A stretch of 62,790 nucleotides of DNA, filler included, from Sphacelaria rigidula (GCA_964200075.2; 8 parts of 8 records of this genome joined end to end with filler, not necessarily neighbours in it), one strand, 5' to 3'. Counted from the first letter of the whole stretch, positions 1 to 12,870 are shown. The notes: generated by a model not told the origin, from the letters alone. Numbers and translations are program-made.

Positions 1-514
1 TTATCCGTTTTTTTTTTTTCCCGGGTGCCAATGGCCCCCCCGAACGATGTGCGTGAAAACTCCGGAGCGAAAACAGTCAAAATGGCGTGTTTGGCTGTTT
101 TCGCGTTTCTGGTCATTTTTCGTACCTTTCCAAGGCAAAAAACGAGAAGATATACCTTCTTTAGGCCGTTGCCCTAACATAATGACCCTGACATTCCCCA
201 ACAGTAAATATTTATCAGAAGCAAATAAGGACTTCTAACCCACGGCTATACCCGTAGCCACTACGAAATAAATAAGCCTGACTGTGTTGGCGCCAACACG
301 ACAGCGCTACATTCATGAAGAATCCAGAAGAAGCAAAGACTAAACTGAGTAGAATAGCGCCCCGTCTCTCACCCCCCTACCGGAGGTACAGTACTATCTC
401 GTCAAGGCATGCCTTTGACCATTTATGTTGTGGTTATAACCCATCAGTTTTTTTTCGTCCCCACCGCACGTTTGCTGAGACACGCCGATCGATGAGAATC
501 ACTTTTGAAACTTG

Positions 515-869
515 CACACGCGGCCATTTGGCTACTTCCCAAAATGCCTCCGGGGGGATGCGCGGCCCTCCAGAGGCGAAACAAACCTCCGAAGGATTTA
601 ATCCCTCTGGAGGAACCCAAACACTGTACCGCCCTGGAGGGCCGCGCACCCTTCCGGAGTGATTTCGGGGTAGCAAAATGCCTCCCAAGGGATGGGCGGC
701 TCTCCAGACGAAAAACATTTCCTCCGGAGGCGTTTAACCCCCCTGGAGAAATCCAAAAAATACTCCGCTGGAGGGCCGCGCACCCCTCCGGAGGCGTTTC
801 ATTCTTCTGGAGACTCGAACAGTTGACCGCCCTGGAGGAATTACGGGGGTAGCGAAATGGCCGCGTGTG
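515..869. mobile_element. MITE with CAC...GTG termini and 2-bp TSD (CMC/CACTA-like, non-autonomous)
   Basis: TIRs CACACGCGGCCATTTGGCTAC / GTAGCGAAATGGCCGCGTGTG, flanked by TG on both sides. The interior is rich in CCTCCGGAGG-type motifs. A related copy lies at 45644-45948. Confidence 0.75.
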
Positions 870-1539
870 TGATGGCCCCGACAACGACCAGTCTCCAGTC
901 TGATCGAGAAGCATTCTTGTCCAGATTAGGGTTGCACACTAATTTATGACGGCAGACACTCAAACAACATATTCGTGAGATTCAGTGCGTAATATCTGAT
1001 TCAGAGTGGATGCTCTAGCGTTCGTTACAGGCAACTGTTTTCATTTTTTGCTTGAGGACACGTCCTGTGCATGCAGCCACCGTACAGTATTCCATTCGAG
1101 GAATTCGGCGGTCTGGTTGGTGAGATACCGCACAAAGCATTTTTACGCCTGGGGGGCATTTCGGAACTGAAACTGTTCCAGGCACTGATCGGTTTTTCCC
1201 GAAAGAGGGGATCTGTTGTTGCAATGGACTGATTACGTCGTTGCGGTCAAGTGATGTGTCAAATTGATTGTGTCAGTGACTGCTTTCATTGAAGCTACCG
1301 CTTCACCAGCTGGGCGCATTACTCCTCGAACTGTGGCGGTACCAAGATCAACGGGAAAGTCAATTGTTTCGGGTCTCACTCTGAATCCGATGTTACACCT
1401 CTGAATCTCACGAATGTGGTGTTACTCTCAGAATAACTCATTGATCTTGCACACGAAAAACCATATTATCCCGCACACCTACCTACCCCTCCGGGAGGGC
1501 CGAAAACAAAATCGGTATACGTTTCCCTTCTACTTCACG

Positions 1540-1680
1540 TTAACCCTCAAACACGTACCAAGTACTCACGACAGGTACTTTTCGGGAACACCTGCGTGCT
1601 GCTGTGGGTGGGTTGGCTTGGCTTCATCTGACGGTGGTTGTGGTTGGAGACGATCCCCGACCAAGACCACCCCCTGCTGA
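1540..1680 (+). repeat. Interspersed repeat, copy 1 (second copy ~18415-18540)
   Basis: Shared ACCTGCGTG(C/T)TGCTGTGGGT...GGTTGGAGACGATC sequence in two different contigs. Confidence 0.6.
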
Positions 1681-2234
1681 AGCCGTGGACAAAAGTCGGT
1701 AAAGAACAGCCATAGCTCGCATCTAATAAGCTGCTTGTGTAAATCGGTAATGACGGAAGGAACTCATGATGAGCACGCTCGTCGCCAGTTCCCGTATAAG
1801 TGTAGTCCCAGTTTGATCGACAGTACAGGTATAAACTGGTCCAGTTAACAGTCCTGTCATACCTTCCTTTTTACTCTTCCTTTTTTTTTATCATTTTTTA
1901 TTGTATATGTTTTCTTCACTCTAGTTTTTTTTTATAGTCATCTCTGCTTTTGTTGCATTCATGTTATCGAATTTCATTTACCTGTATTCTCGTTTCACCT
2001 TTATTTTTATATTTACATTTTTGCACCTCCGTATCAGGAGGGTATGTGGAATGTATGCTAGCACATACATAAGAGGGATGGTCTAGTACCCCACTCCCCT
2101 GATGGGTCCAAAAAGAAGAAGGGTACATAATTGTGCGGGAAATATTTTTCGTACACCCCTGCATCGATCATGATGATTTACTTGTTGCATTTCAAACGAT
2201 TAGAATCAATCCCAGTTGGGTACGACCCTTGTTA

Positions 2235-2450
2235 TCGAAGGGGGTTATTCCCTTTTCGAAATTCTCCTATTAAGAAGCGACCGCCTCCTCCCCCCCCTCC
2301 AGAAAAGTCACCGCATCGTGCCCAGAAATCCCCTCTCCTGAAATCTCCTTTTGAAAAAGAGTTTCCGGACACCTCGAAGGGGGACACAGATGTCCGGTTG
2401 ACAAGGGCGCATGCAAAGGCTTACCACACAACCCAACACAATCAGAGCTG
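2235..2450 (+). repeat. Interspersed repeat, copy 1 (second copy ~62295-62510)
   Basis: Shared AAATC(T/C)CCTTTTGAAAA...TTTCCGGACAC...GCAAAGGCT..CCACACA.CCCAACACAA.CAGAGCTG in contigs 1 and 8. Confidence 0.65.
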
Positions 2451-2898
2451 TACCTGTGGAACGATACGATTTAGTTCATTATTTTTCCATATAGTATAAT
2501 GTGCTGACGGTAAGGTTTGCCCCGCTCACTGGGTTGAGAACCAGACACGCTGCGGTTGCCACATCTGTATCGCGCAAAATGTTTCCGATGATGTACTGTC
2601 TGAGGGGTGCACATTTAAAAAAAAACACGACCAATCGGTGCACATAAAAGCAGCCGGGTTTCCTGCCTGCCAAGTATGTACGATGAGTTGAAGGGTTGGT
2701 GGTGGTAGTTAGTGTCTGTGTGTGAACTGTTGCTCTGCGTGTCGTTATGATGCGTCGTCTCTGTTGTGAGCGGGTAAATTCAAAAATGTGTTTGTCGGAC
2801 CGGCGGGTGTGCTCTAACATGCTGGGGAACTGGTTCTGCTGTACTGTACAGGTAGATTCTGCGAATTCCAGATATCGGAATGGTTTTTCATGTGAAGA

Positions 2899-2940
2899 CA
2901 GCAGCAACAACAACAACAACAACAACAATAACAACAACAC
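2899..2940 (+). repeat. (CAG)/(CAA)n microsatellite
   Basis: Direct reading of the tract. It accounts for the poly-Asn and poly-Leu ORF artefacts. Confidence 0.9.
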
Positions 2941-3989
2941 CCGTGCACATCCAAATACATGGAGGTCGTGAATTTCATTTACAGTATTGCGAGACGAAGC
3001 TCGAAGCTTGCCTGCGACAAACCTCAAAAAAAGTATGAGAGTATGCATGTCGAACGACACGAATTAAACCCCGGTGTTTGCTGAATGCCATTCTTCATGT
3101 CAAAGAAGAGCGCTGAGTTTGGGACTGTACAATGTAAGCTGCCGGTGAGCATCGATGCCAGGAGTCGGTGGGCATGGCGTGCTGATAATTAGTCGGTGAG
3201 GAGTGTGGATGAAATACTGACGGTCTGTCGTGATGTGCAGTACAGTGGTTGCTCCAGGTGCAATTTCAGTGCTTGCTAAGAACAACATGTATTCACTGCT
3301 GCACTGCACTGTCCTATATTATCAACGAATGCCCATATAGCCATAGTACGACAGTGCAGGACGTGTGATTGTTCGTTTTTTTCCGATTCAGCATTTTGCC
3401 GTGGCGGCTCTTGAGCAAGATGGCATACCACATCGCTCTGTTGGGTTTCAGTGCTTGCAAAGAACAACGCGTGATCACTCCTGTACTGCACCGTAGTATC
3501 CACGACGGTCCATAGACATAGTACAGGGCAGGGTGCCGCGAGCAACGTGAAAGGGACAGGTGCGTGTTTTTGTCCGCAACAAACAGGAGCGCACAAAACA
3601 GTCTTCCGTGGGTAGAAGTTCAATTTTGGATCTTCCGTCGGTCCTGTATCAACCGACTGTATATGTCTCGGGTAGTAAACGCTAGCTGCGCCCTGGGGCT
3701 AGAGCGCTTGTCAGTGCTTTCTCGTGTATGCAATAGAAAGAACGAAGACAGTACCTGTGGGTGTGATAGTCGGCCAACAGTATGTCATGGGCTGGGTACT
3801 GAAGCGCCAACGTTGATTCTTGATGATTTTGTCACAAAGCTAGCTAGCTATTTCGAGGGTACAACATGATGAACTCATACACACATGAACAAAAGTGAAT
3901 CCGAGTCAAACCTCGTGATACCCCAAGGGGTCTCGGAACCTCGCAGCGAACACCAGAAGCAGCAACAAAGAAAAGCACCGAAACAATTA

Positions 3990-5357
3990 GATGTGCACCC
4001 AGGTGCACCATCTGCACGCTCGGATAGTGGCAAAACACGTGCGACTGGGCTGTGCCGCATGACCACCCCGACCGTGGCGAGTTGGATCACACTTTCAATC
4101 GGAGCCAGCACAATCAACGCAGAATACAGTCAGTAGTACAACAACAGTGACATGATCTCGCACTTTCTTTTATCTTTCACTACCCATCGCGTGGTCGAGT
4201 CTGCGTGGCTTCCCACTGCCAGCTCGAACATGAAAATTTGCCCTGTGTTGATTATTTGGAAGCTCAAAATTTCAATGTCGCTTACTTCCCATCCATGTAC
4301 GTATGATGCACACCGACAAAGTATAAAGGGAAAAGAGCTACCGCTCCGTGTACCCAGAGAGGCACAAAAAACACCAGGTAGAGACAGAGGCGTGTACCGG
4401 AACAGACAAAATCATGGCGACTATATAATGTGCCCATGTTCGCTAGTGGAGTTGAGCCTATCGGTACCGCCATCTATGTGCACCCTACCGTCTTCACAGC
4501 ATCCGCCTGCTGTTTGAAAAAACATGGAGAACGTTTCACCCCAACGGTAGATCCTCTCTTTCGTCGGCATAACTCTCACTTCAAAAATGCCTACCCTGGC
4601 GGTCGAGGGGTCAAAATTCAAAGCTGACCGCAGAAAGGGGTCATGCTACCCGGGGGGTTGGTGGAATGTGATCCTTCAGTGACACTCATAGACGAAGGGG
4701 GGGACGCAGCGGGAGAAGGGAGAAGAATAGTAAGACACTGCACTGTGCTCTCTGTACAGCATTGTACAATTCTCTGTGTCTTAGTTCGGCTTTCATGTAC
4801 CCACGTCGACAATGTACCCTCCTGTCTGTAAGTCATAACTCACTCTGCGGTGGGGACAGGGGTACGGTGCACATAGATGGCGGTACAGATAGACTCAACT
4901 TGACTAACAAACAGAAGCACATAGTATAATCGTCATGATGTTGTCTATTCCGGTACATGCCTCTCTCTTTACCTTGTTTTTTTTTGTGCTTCTCTGGGTC
5001 CACGGAGCGGCAGCTCTTTCCCCTTCATACTCTGTAGGTGTGTATCATACATACAATATGGGAAGTAAGCGAGCATGAAATTTGAGCTTTGAAATAATCG
5101 ACACGGGGCATATTTTTACGTTCGAGGTGGCAGTGGGGAGTCACGCAGACTTGACCTCGCGACAGGTGGTGAGAGATGTGAGAGAGTGCGACATCATGTT
5201 ACTGTTGTACTCCTGACTGTATTCTGCGTTGGGTGTGCTGGTTCCGATTGATAGTGTGATCCAAGTCGCCACGGTCGGGGTGGTCATGCGGCACAGGCAA
5301 GCCGCACGTGTTTTGCCACTATCCGAGGGTGCAGTTGGTGCACCCGGATGCAAATCT
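3990..5357. repeat. Large inverted repeat (foldback): arms ~3990-4490 and ~4860-5357, ~370-bp spacer
   Basis: GCCGCATGACCACCCCGACCGTGGCGA (left arm) is the reverse complement of TCGCCACGGTCGGGGTGGTCATGCGGC (right arm). The similarity continues for ~500 bp. Confidence 0.85.
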
Positions 5358-5730
5358 ACTCTTTTTGGCCGCCGCAAGCCACAAGAGAAAAATAATTCCC
5401 TGGTCGATGGTCGAAGCGCAGTCCAATTCGATATGTAGTGAAAGCGGCCCGCACGTGTTTTGCCACCATCTGAGGGTGTAGTTGGTGCACCCGGGTGCAC
5501 ATCTACTCTTTTTGGCCGCAGCAAGCCACAAGAGAAAAATAATTTCGTGGTTAATGGTCGAGGCGCAGTCCAGTTCGATATGTAGTGAAAGCGGGCCGCA
5601 CGTGTTTTGCCATTATCCGAGGGTGCAGTTGGTGCACCCGGGTGCACATCTACTTTTTTTTGCCGCCGCAAGCCGCAAGAGAAAATTAATTCCGTCGTGG
5701 ATGGTCGAAGCGCATTCCAATTCGATAGGG
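5300..5730 (+). repeat. Tandem repeat, ~150-bp unit, 3 copies
   Basis: CCGCACGTGTTTTGCCA...GTTGGTGCACCCGG...GCAAGCC.CAAGAGAAAA recurs near 5302, 5449 and 5596. Confidence 0.85.
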
Positions 5731-5774
5731 AAGGCGTGTATAAAATAGTGTTCCGATAAGGATTATTTATGACA

Positions 5775-6036
5775 TGGCTAGAGCATGGGAAATACGGACA
5801 GCGGGCGACTTGATTGCAGTGTAGGAGCGGGCTTACATACGCGAATAATAAATAGGACTTGGCTAGAGTATGGGAAATACGGACATCGGTCGACTTACTT
5901 GATTGCAGTGTAAGAGCGGGCTTACATTACGCGAATAATAAATTGGACTTGGCTAGAGTATGGGAAATCCGTACAGCGGGCGACTTGACTGCAGTGTAGG
6001 AGCGGGCTTACATTACGCGAATAATAAATAGGACTA
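5775..6036 (+). repeat. Tandem repeat, ~87-bp unit, 3 copies
   Basis: TGGCTAGAG(C/T)ATGGGAAAT...GAGCGGGCTTACAT..CGCGAATAATAAAT at 5775, 5860 and 5950. Confidence 0.9.
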
Positions 6037-6192
6037 GTGGTAAGCAACGACTGACGCGCGTGGCAGCAGTGCCACAGGTTTCAACGCCATGGGTCTCATC
6101 CGTGAAGGCTTTGAACAAAATAAATGATGAACAAAAAAAGGTGACCGTGACATCAATCATAACTTATTAATGTAAGGGTCGTCATTGACCTT

Positions 6193-6283
6193 TAGACGAC
6201 GAGAGTAGGTCATTTATTGAATCGGCGTCAATTTCACTTGAAAAAAGTATGCATGATCCAGATGGACTACCCTGGGCGGTCTA
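6193..6283. mobile_element. Short ~90-bp MITE family (other copies ~15033-15112, ~15406-15497 inverted, ~51017-51110)
   Basis: TAGAC...GTCTA termini and a shared core GTAGGTCA...GAATCGGC.TCAA...AAAAGTATGCATGATCCAG.TGGACTACCC in three contigs. Confidence 0.6.
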
Positions 6284-7762
6284 AGAATCTACGTTTTTTT
6301 CTCTTCGTGTTTTTCATTCATTCTTATCCGTGAAAACGGAGGCAAAATAAAATCCGGTAACCACGACCCTAAAAGCAAGTCACGACTTCGAACCGCGCGG
6401 CTAAATGTAAGCATTACGAAAGAAAAGGGAAACCCTGACCGTGTTGGCGCTAACCAAGCAGCGCTGCAGTCATGGAGAATCTGCCCCAAAGAAGCAAGTG
6501 CCAAACCGAGTAGAAAAGCGCCCCGTCATTCGTCTATCCTCCCACCGGATGTACAATGACGAAGTCTAAGAGCATCGATTCCTAGCTAGTCGATCCTCGT
6601 CGGCAGTAGCGAGGCGTCGGCCCGCCTGTATCGCATGGGCAACACGCTGACTGTATGCATCTACTCGGAAGGGAGGGTATTCGTTGAGAGCCATGATGAC
6701 TTGTTCCTGGCGCGTGTCCACGGCGGCGCCGTTGGCGTTGAAGGTGTCGGCTGCGTTGACATCATACTGTTGCTTTGAAACGCCTGGCCGTAGCCATTAG
6801 CGATGTTTTCGAACCCCGCTGGCCTGTTGTAACCATCATAATAGGCCGGACAGACCCCTTTTTCACGTTTGTATGTGGATATAGTCGACACCACCCGCCC
6901 TTGCAAGGTCATTGTATAATTTATGATGGGCAACCCATGTCGTTAGGCGCCACCTTTCCCCTCTCTGATATCTCCTCAGTTGGTGTCTTTGGCCGTTTAT
7001 GTTGAGGTAACTTTCTATCAGATCGTATTTTTTCTTTCCACGGGACTATCGCTATTTTTTTTATATCGCGTCTGTGAATTTTCCGGGTCCGACCATATAT
7101 AGTAGTCAGCGTCAGAAGTTTTCAGAATTCGTAGTTGTCCTTTTTTCTGAGTTTTTCTGGAGTACCGNNNNNNNNNNTACTTGAAAGTGCTAGCGCCGGT
7201 AGAGTTAGGGAGAAAGCATAGGCCACGCTCAAACTGCAGTGCTCACGTTGGTGTTTTTGGGGCGATACGAATTTGATACCCCGTTTGTCAGGAGGGTGTT
7301 ATTGAGCGTTTTTGGTCGAATAAAAGCAGTTTTCTCGCTCTTCAGTGACAAAACGGTGAATATTCAGATAAATTAATACGTTTTAAATTCTTCACAATAA
7401 CAATCGAGATCGTGTTTCCCTCCTATACTGCACAGACCTTAGTCTCGCATTTTCTGCGGATGGCCTATTTTCGGGGTTTTTCCGCATAACATTTTTCATG
7501 AGCACTCGAAAGTCCTAGCGTCGATAGCTTGGCAAAATAAGCAAACCGTGCTTTACTCACAATCGCCCAAGTCGTTGTTGAAGGGCGATACCGGGTAAAG
7601 ACCCCGTTTACCAGGAGGGTGTTGTTGACCGTAAACGGTCCAAGAAACATAGTTTTCCTGCTTTAGCGCAGTAACTAGGTGGAATTGAAAAAAAACGATC
7701 CTTTTGAGGTCTTCACCTATATAATCCGGATCGAGTCGGTCCATCGAAAACACCGAATAGCT

Positions 7763-7862
7763 NNNNNNNNNNNNNNNNNNNNNNNNNNNNNNNNNNNNNN
7801 NNNNNNTTAATTAATTAANNNNNNNNNNNNNNNNNNNNNNNNNNNNNNNNNNNNNNNNNNNN
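7763..7862. other. Artificial contig-join spacer (also 15625-15724, 23487-23586, 31348-31447, 39209-39308, 47070-47169, 54931-55030)
   Basis: Each spacer is 44 N + TTAATTAATTAA (stops in all six frames) + 44 N. The intervening contigs are 7762, 7762, 7762, 7761, 7761, 7761, 7761 and 7760 bp. A separate 10-N gap lies at 7168-7177. Confidence 0.98.
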
Positions 7863-8550
7863 GGAGAGTGAGAAGCGGTTGCGAGCGAGAGCGAGCCTCA
7901 ACACTTGCCACTCCCTGGAGAAAACCAATGCTGTACGCAAACGAAAAAATATTAAAACATACCCTAATTTACCGTGAAAAAGATGCAGTGAAACGACACA
8001 TACATGGTCTACAGTTTCACTTGAACCGTAGCAAACAACATGCAAGTCGTGCCGCGTATACACTACAGTATCTTGCAGAGACGATTTCAATCACACACAG
8101 TGAACGTAGACTGCACTGTCTAAATTTGCAACAGGCGGCAGACGATGCTGTCTCTGAAAACAACGCGATGCGTATGTAGTGCTACTAATTGTACCCCGAA
8201 ACCTTTTTTGGGATTTTTTTTGCGAACCCTCCGGCGTTAGAGCGAGAGGGCGGAACGACGAGCCCCTGCCATTTGTTCCCTCTGCGATGCCATGACTTGT
8301 CTTTCGGCCATGGTGTCCACCTCCTGCAACGTACACAAACTACGCATCATACAGCTCAAGAGGGTGCTCGCAATGGGTAAAGCAGTGCGGTACCGAAATG
8401 ACACAGCATGCGATAGGAATATCAGTTGCAACTAGCCGCTATTGCTCAATGAAGGAAACCGAGTTCGTTGCAGAGCACTGTACGACTGTGCGTCTCGAGA
8501 GAAGCCTGGGTCTCTCCGTGTGGCTGGCTACCTCAAAGTAGAAGACCGCG

Positions 8551-8843
8551 CACGGGTGGCCACTGGGGTCTGTAACCTGGCCATTTTGGGACCTCATCCA
8601 CCTTTGGTAAGGTCCGCGGATTGGGTAGACAACTGAAGAGCATTCGCACAGCATGGACAGGATCGAAACAAAACATGTCCCAGTCTATAGGCGGGTGACT
8701 CCCCTGTAGACGGGAACATACTTTGTTCCGAACCTGTCCGTGCTGTGCGAATGCTCTTCAGTTGTCCACCTAATCCGCGGACCTTACCAAATGTGGATAA
8801 GGTCCCAAAATGGCCAGGTTACAGACCCCAGTAGCCACCCGTG
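8551..8843. mobile_element. 293-bp near-palindromic MITE, CAC...GTG ends, 2-bp TSD (CG)
   Basis: CACGGGTGGC...GCCACCCGTG, with arms pairing almost to the centre (~8697). Removing it restores GAAGACCGCGTAGTGCAGTGGC, which matches empty host-repeat copies near 13663 and 14203. Confidence 0.85.
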
Positions 8844-8865
8844 CGTAGTGCAGTGGCCACGGGTC

Positions 8866-9113
8866 TGTGACGCCAGCCAGAAGAAGGACTGGTGGATCAC
8901 TGCTGTTGAGGGACTCCTCAGTCTCACTGGACTCAGTTTTAGTTGTCAGCCTCTACAACATCTGATTATTCAGGAGTGCCCTCGTAGGAACAGCCTCCTA
9001 GACACGCCAGGGTATTAACCTAGTGTCCCCGGTCATTATCCAGATCATCACTACCAACGGCCATTATCCAAATCATCACTATCAACTCAACGTAACGGCG
9101 TATTCTCGTCACA
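8866..9113 (-). repeat. 3' LTR
   Basis: TGTGACGCCAGCC...CTCGTCACA, preceded on the minus strand by a short purine run AGGGGG (PPT-like). Confidence 0.93.
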
Positions 9114-9187
9114 GCACCCCCTAAGCGCGTTGGGCGAAAATCGATCAACAAGCTTGATGCATTGATAACGCCAAAACGGTGAGTAAG

Positions 9188-9433
9188 TCACAACTGAATA
9201 CCAAACTCACTCGAAATGCGAGCAGCAACGACACGAGTCACCCGCACTTTACGCAACTCCTTCGTAAGAAATTCCGGAGGGGTCTCAAAAATGTCCTTGA
9301 AAGGCTCCCACGTACGCTCCTCAACTTCGAAACCAACCCAGTCGACCAACACGAACAACTTACGATCGTCTGCTTCTGCCACTCGGACAATACCATCCAT
9401 CTGAAATTGTCCCTGATAAGCATACTGAAACAC
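9188..9433 (-). pseudogene. Chromodomain at the integrase C-terminus
   Basis: FQMDGIVRV...LFVLVDWVGFEVEERTWEPFKDI matches the chromodomain VxWxGF...TWEP motif. Confidence 0.85.
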
Positions 9434-9443
9434 GTCCTTAACG

Positions 9444-10640
9444 TCAACCGTAACATTGAGCTACGAGTCTGCATAAAAACACAAACAAGCTACATGGGCG
9501 GTCTGAACACGACCCGAAACAATGTTCTGTCTCAAACACGTACGGGTGGTGAGCACCAACCACTCTCCATGGACCAATCCACGTCGCCATCAACTTGGGC
9601 GTGACACCCGGACGATGCACGCGTGCATACAAGACATAGTCGTCTACCTCAAAATTTGGCAATTCCAGCCCCGACGAGGACCCCTCACATCTACGCGCAC
9701 ATTCAGCTGCAACACGTTCCTGTACTCGAACGTGGAAACGTTCTTGCAAGTCCAAGACTCTTTGCAGCGCCCGCTTAATTTGAACATCGTCCAAAACATC
9801 ACACTCCCATTCCCCCGCCGGCGAAGACGCCAGCACCGAGAAAGACGTCCGAGGAGCACGACCAAACATCAGGTGGTACGGCGTACTATCGTACCGACGA
9901 CGATACGCTGTGTTGAGCACCCATTACACCGCCGGCAACATGTCCACCCACACGGAAATCGCTTCACGCCGCTCGAGAAGAGTAGAGCGAAGAGCACGAA
10001 CTACTTCCTTGACCATGCGTTCGCACGTGCCGTTCGACCACGGAGAATACGCCACCGCAAACTGGTGATCAACGTGCAAAGCCTCTCGTAACGAGCCAAG
10101 ATCGCATACTTGAAATTCATGGTGGTATCACTCACCCATACACACGGCACCCTCAAAGTTTTGCACCAATTCAGCAAAGATGCAGCAGGCGATTCAGCAG
10201 TACACACTGCTACTGCTTTCAGAGACACAAAGTTGCTTAAATCATCCATGATTACCAAAATGTATCGAAACCCAGCATCCTCCGACAAACCTTGGGAAGC
10301 TAGCGGGCCACTTTCGCCCACGTACAAGAAGTCAAAAAGAACGATTTCATTCGACATGGTCTCATGGACCGTTTCGCCGAGACGCCGTGGAACAACATCG
10401 CCCGCCCTCGAGTCAGCACAGTGAAGACTGGCGGACAAATTCGCACAGATGGGTTTCTATCCCCTGCCAGACACAAAACTCTTGCAAGCGCGTCGCAGCC
10501 ACACCACGATGCCCGGCGTCGCGTATGTGCGCGAAAATAATCAGACGCACCTGCAACTGCTTGTCATACCTCGGAGTCCACAAAACGTTCCGGCTATGCA
10601 CATGCACACGAAACAGATGTTCGTTGTCCAAGATAGCAGT
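9444..10640 (-). pseudogene. Integrase remnant (HH zinc-binding region, DDE core, GPY/F-like region), frameshifted
   Basis: AHIRDAGHRGV; VLFDFLYVG...YILVIMDDLSNFVSL...WVSD; TPYHLMFGRAPR; KLMATWIGPWRVV, spread over several frames. Confidence 0.85.
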
Positions 10641-12210
10641 ACCAACGTCCGACTCGAAAGATTGTACATCCGCATCTTCGCACCCAAGGTCTTTCCGTTG
10701 CGCTTGGGGGACAACAGATTTGGACGGCATCGAGTCATCAGGTTCACACGGACCATACACAGCCACAGCGCGCAGAGGCATTTTCATTTCAACTGCAGGC
10801 ACCTGCATGACCAAACTGCCCCACTGGCACTCAGATGCACCCGGAAACATAGACACCGGGCAATCAGGACAAGGATAGAACAGCGTCACGGCATGAGCCA
10901 CCAGATCCTTTGCTGCCGCCCACGCCTATAGCCTGCCCTCCGTCTACCATGCAGCCTTCTTCGGAAACGCCATATCTGGACTGGACCACCCCGGCTGAAA
11001 ATTCCGTAACACCAACCTGAGCGCCAAAAGAGCCGCCATGCACGACGCCAACCAACTCGACTTCACCGGATCGTACCGTTGCGGCATCGCCTTCACCGCG
11101 GACGCCCTATGTTTGAGCTGAACACGCATGGGCTCCAATCGCGCAGGGGGATCACCCCATAGCGCACGACGAAACGCGTTGACGCGGCGATGCAATATAC
11201 CACGCAGGCGCTCCGCTTTTGAAACACTGAGGCCTTTCGCCACAGCGTCTGTCACGATCTCCTGCAGCGCGACCTTCCGAGCGGAGTCCTCTTCCGCCGG
11301 AACCTTAAACATATCCGGGCCGCGCTATACCGAGCGTTCCACCGCTGCATCCCACTCCTCGGTCACCTTCCCTCCAGCCTCCTGAAAAGCACCCACCAAC
11401 AAACCCACGCGACGACTGCCCAAAAGGACGGGCGTCTCCAAGCGTGGACCAGGCGGAGACACCCGCGTCTTCATAGAGTCCCACAACCGCCGAGCGTCGA
11501 CTCCAAGATCCTGAAGGGTCGGCAACCCCAGAAGAATGACGCCATATGACCCGGCATGATCGCAAACGAGATCGGAGGCAACCGCGCCGGCCCCCAGGAA
11601 GTCGTGAAAGTCAGCTGCAGCAGAACAGTACGCTCTGTGACGTAAACATGCTGACCCCACGCGGTGACGGCCTGCCGCGCTCCGAGCGAAAACGGCTTGC
11701 GCAGCGGCACACCCGTATGAAGACGCTCCAACATCTCCACAATCTGTACCGACAAACTCACATGACCCGTCAAGTGGACGCCAGAATCCCGCTTAGATTG
11801 GACCGCAATGACTCCACGCTCCCGTTGATTTGGAAGACACAGCTCCGCAGGAACGTCGTTGTGCGCAGAGTCCACTGGCGCTTTATTCGCCGACCGATGC
11901 GCCGCTAATCCCACTTGACGCCATTGCTGCGCAAGCTGCGCAGGCGAAGACGCCCCGGCAGGTTCAAACGGCACCGCTGGCGGGTACGGCCTCCAGCCAG
12001 CCAGCCAGCAAACCAAGAGTTTGGCGAACCTCCCACCAGCGCGTCAGCAAGCGTCGCGCCTGACACTGCTGCCGGTGTCGCCACCGGCGCCACCACCGGC
12101 GCCGGCGCAGTGTTCGACACTGTAGAAGTCGGTCCCACCTGCATTGCCCGCTGCGGAGCAGCAGCACCCACAGCGACACCGGACCCAGAACTAGACCCAT
12201 GCTGACGCCT

Positions 12211-12870
12211 TTACTGCTGCTGCTGCTCCTTAGAACTCGACTGCGACCCTCCACCGCCGGAGGATCCGCCGCCGCCGCCCCGATTACCTCGTCTTTTGCC
12301 CTTGTACTGGCGATGCTGATGGAGCGCGGGATGAGACTGCCCAGACTCTCCACCGGAAGACGTTGGGCAATCGCGCGCGTGATGACCGACCTGGCCACAG
12401 CGGTGGCAATTAACACTCGCCGCATGCCCAGCATGCTTTTTGATCGCCGTAACCAATTGCGGTGGGGTGACTGTGTTTTTATGCTCCGAACGAGAAAACA
12501 CTCTCTGCACATGAGTTGGCACTTGTTGAGCCATTGGCACCATCTGATGCCGCACAGCGCCCCCTGGGTTAGCGTGCTTCACATGCTTGTTGTACTCAAA
12601 GTGCTTCGTATTAAAAGTGCGAGATGCTCTCCCTGAGTACCTATCCCCGTATTGGGGAGGTCGCAACTCTTCCCGCATGTCCCCGGGCGTCACGCTGGAC
12701 GTATTTCGCAAACCGGTCGCCATAGCTGCAACCGGCCACCTGCGCATTTTCACAAGCCAGCGGACTTTCGCGAATTGCACGATTCCTTGCTTCGTCGCCG
12801 CACCACACAGTCGTATGAGCCTCCAAACTCCCGCTGCACGCAGCTTCAGCAAGTCTCCAGTCTGGATCAA
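12211..12870 (-). pseudogene. gag remnant with CCHC zinc knuckle
   Basis: CHRCGQVGHHARDC (C-x2-C-x4-H-x4-C) just inside the 5' LTR. Confidence 0.8.

Noticed and set aside
2479-3060. 193-aa ORF with poly-Leu (poly-Asn on the other strand)
   Set aside because: It is a translation of a (CAA)n microsatellite and has no domain signal.
5775-6036. Regular repeats that might suggest a CRISPR array
   Set aside because: Whole ~87-bp units are repeated with no unique spacers, the context is eukaryotic, and there are no cas genes.
7807-7818. Recurring TTAATTAATTAA motif
   Set aside because: It is an artificial six-frame stop linker inside N padding.
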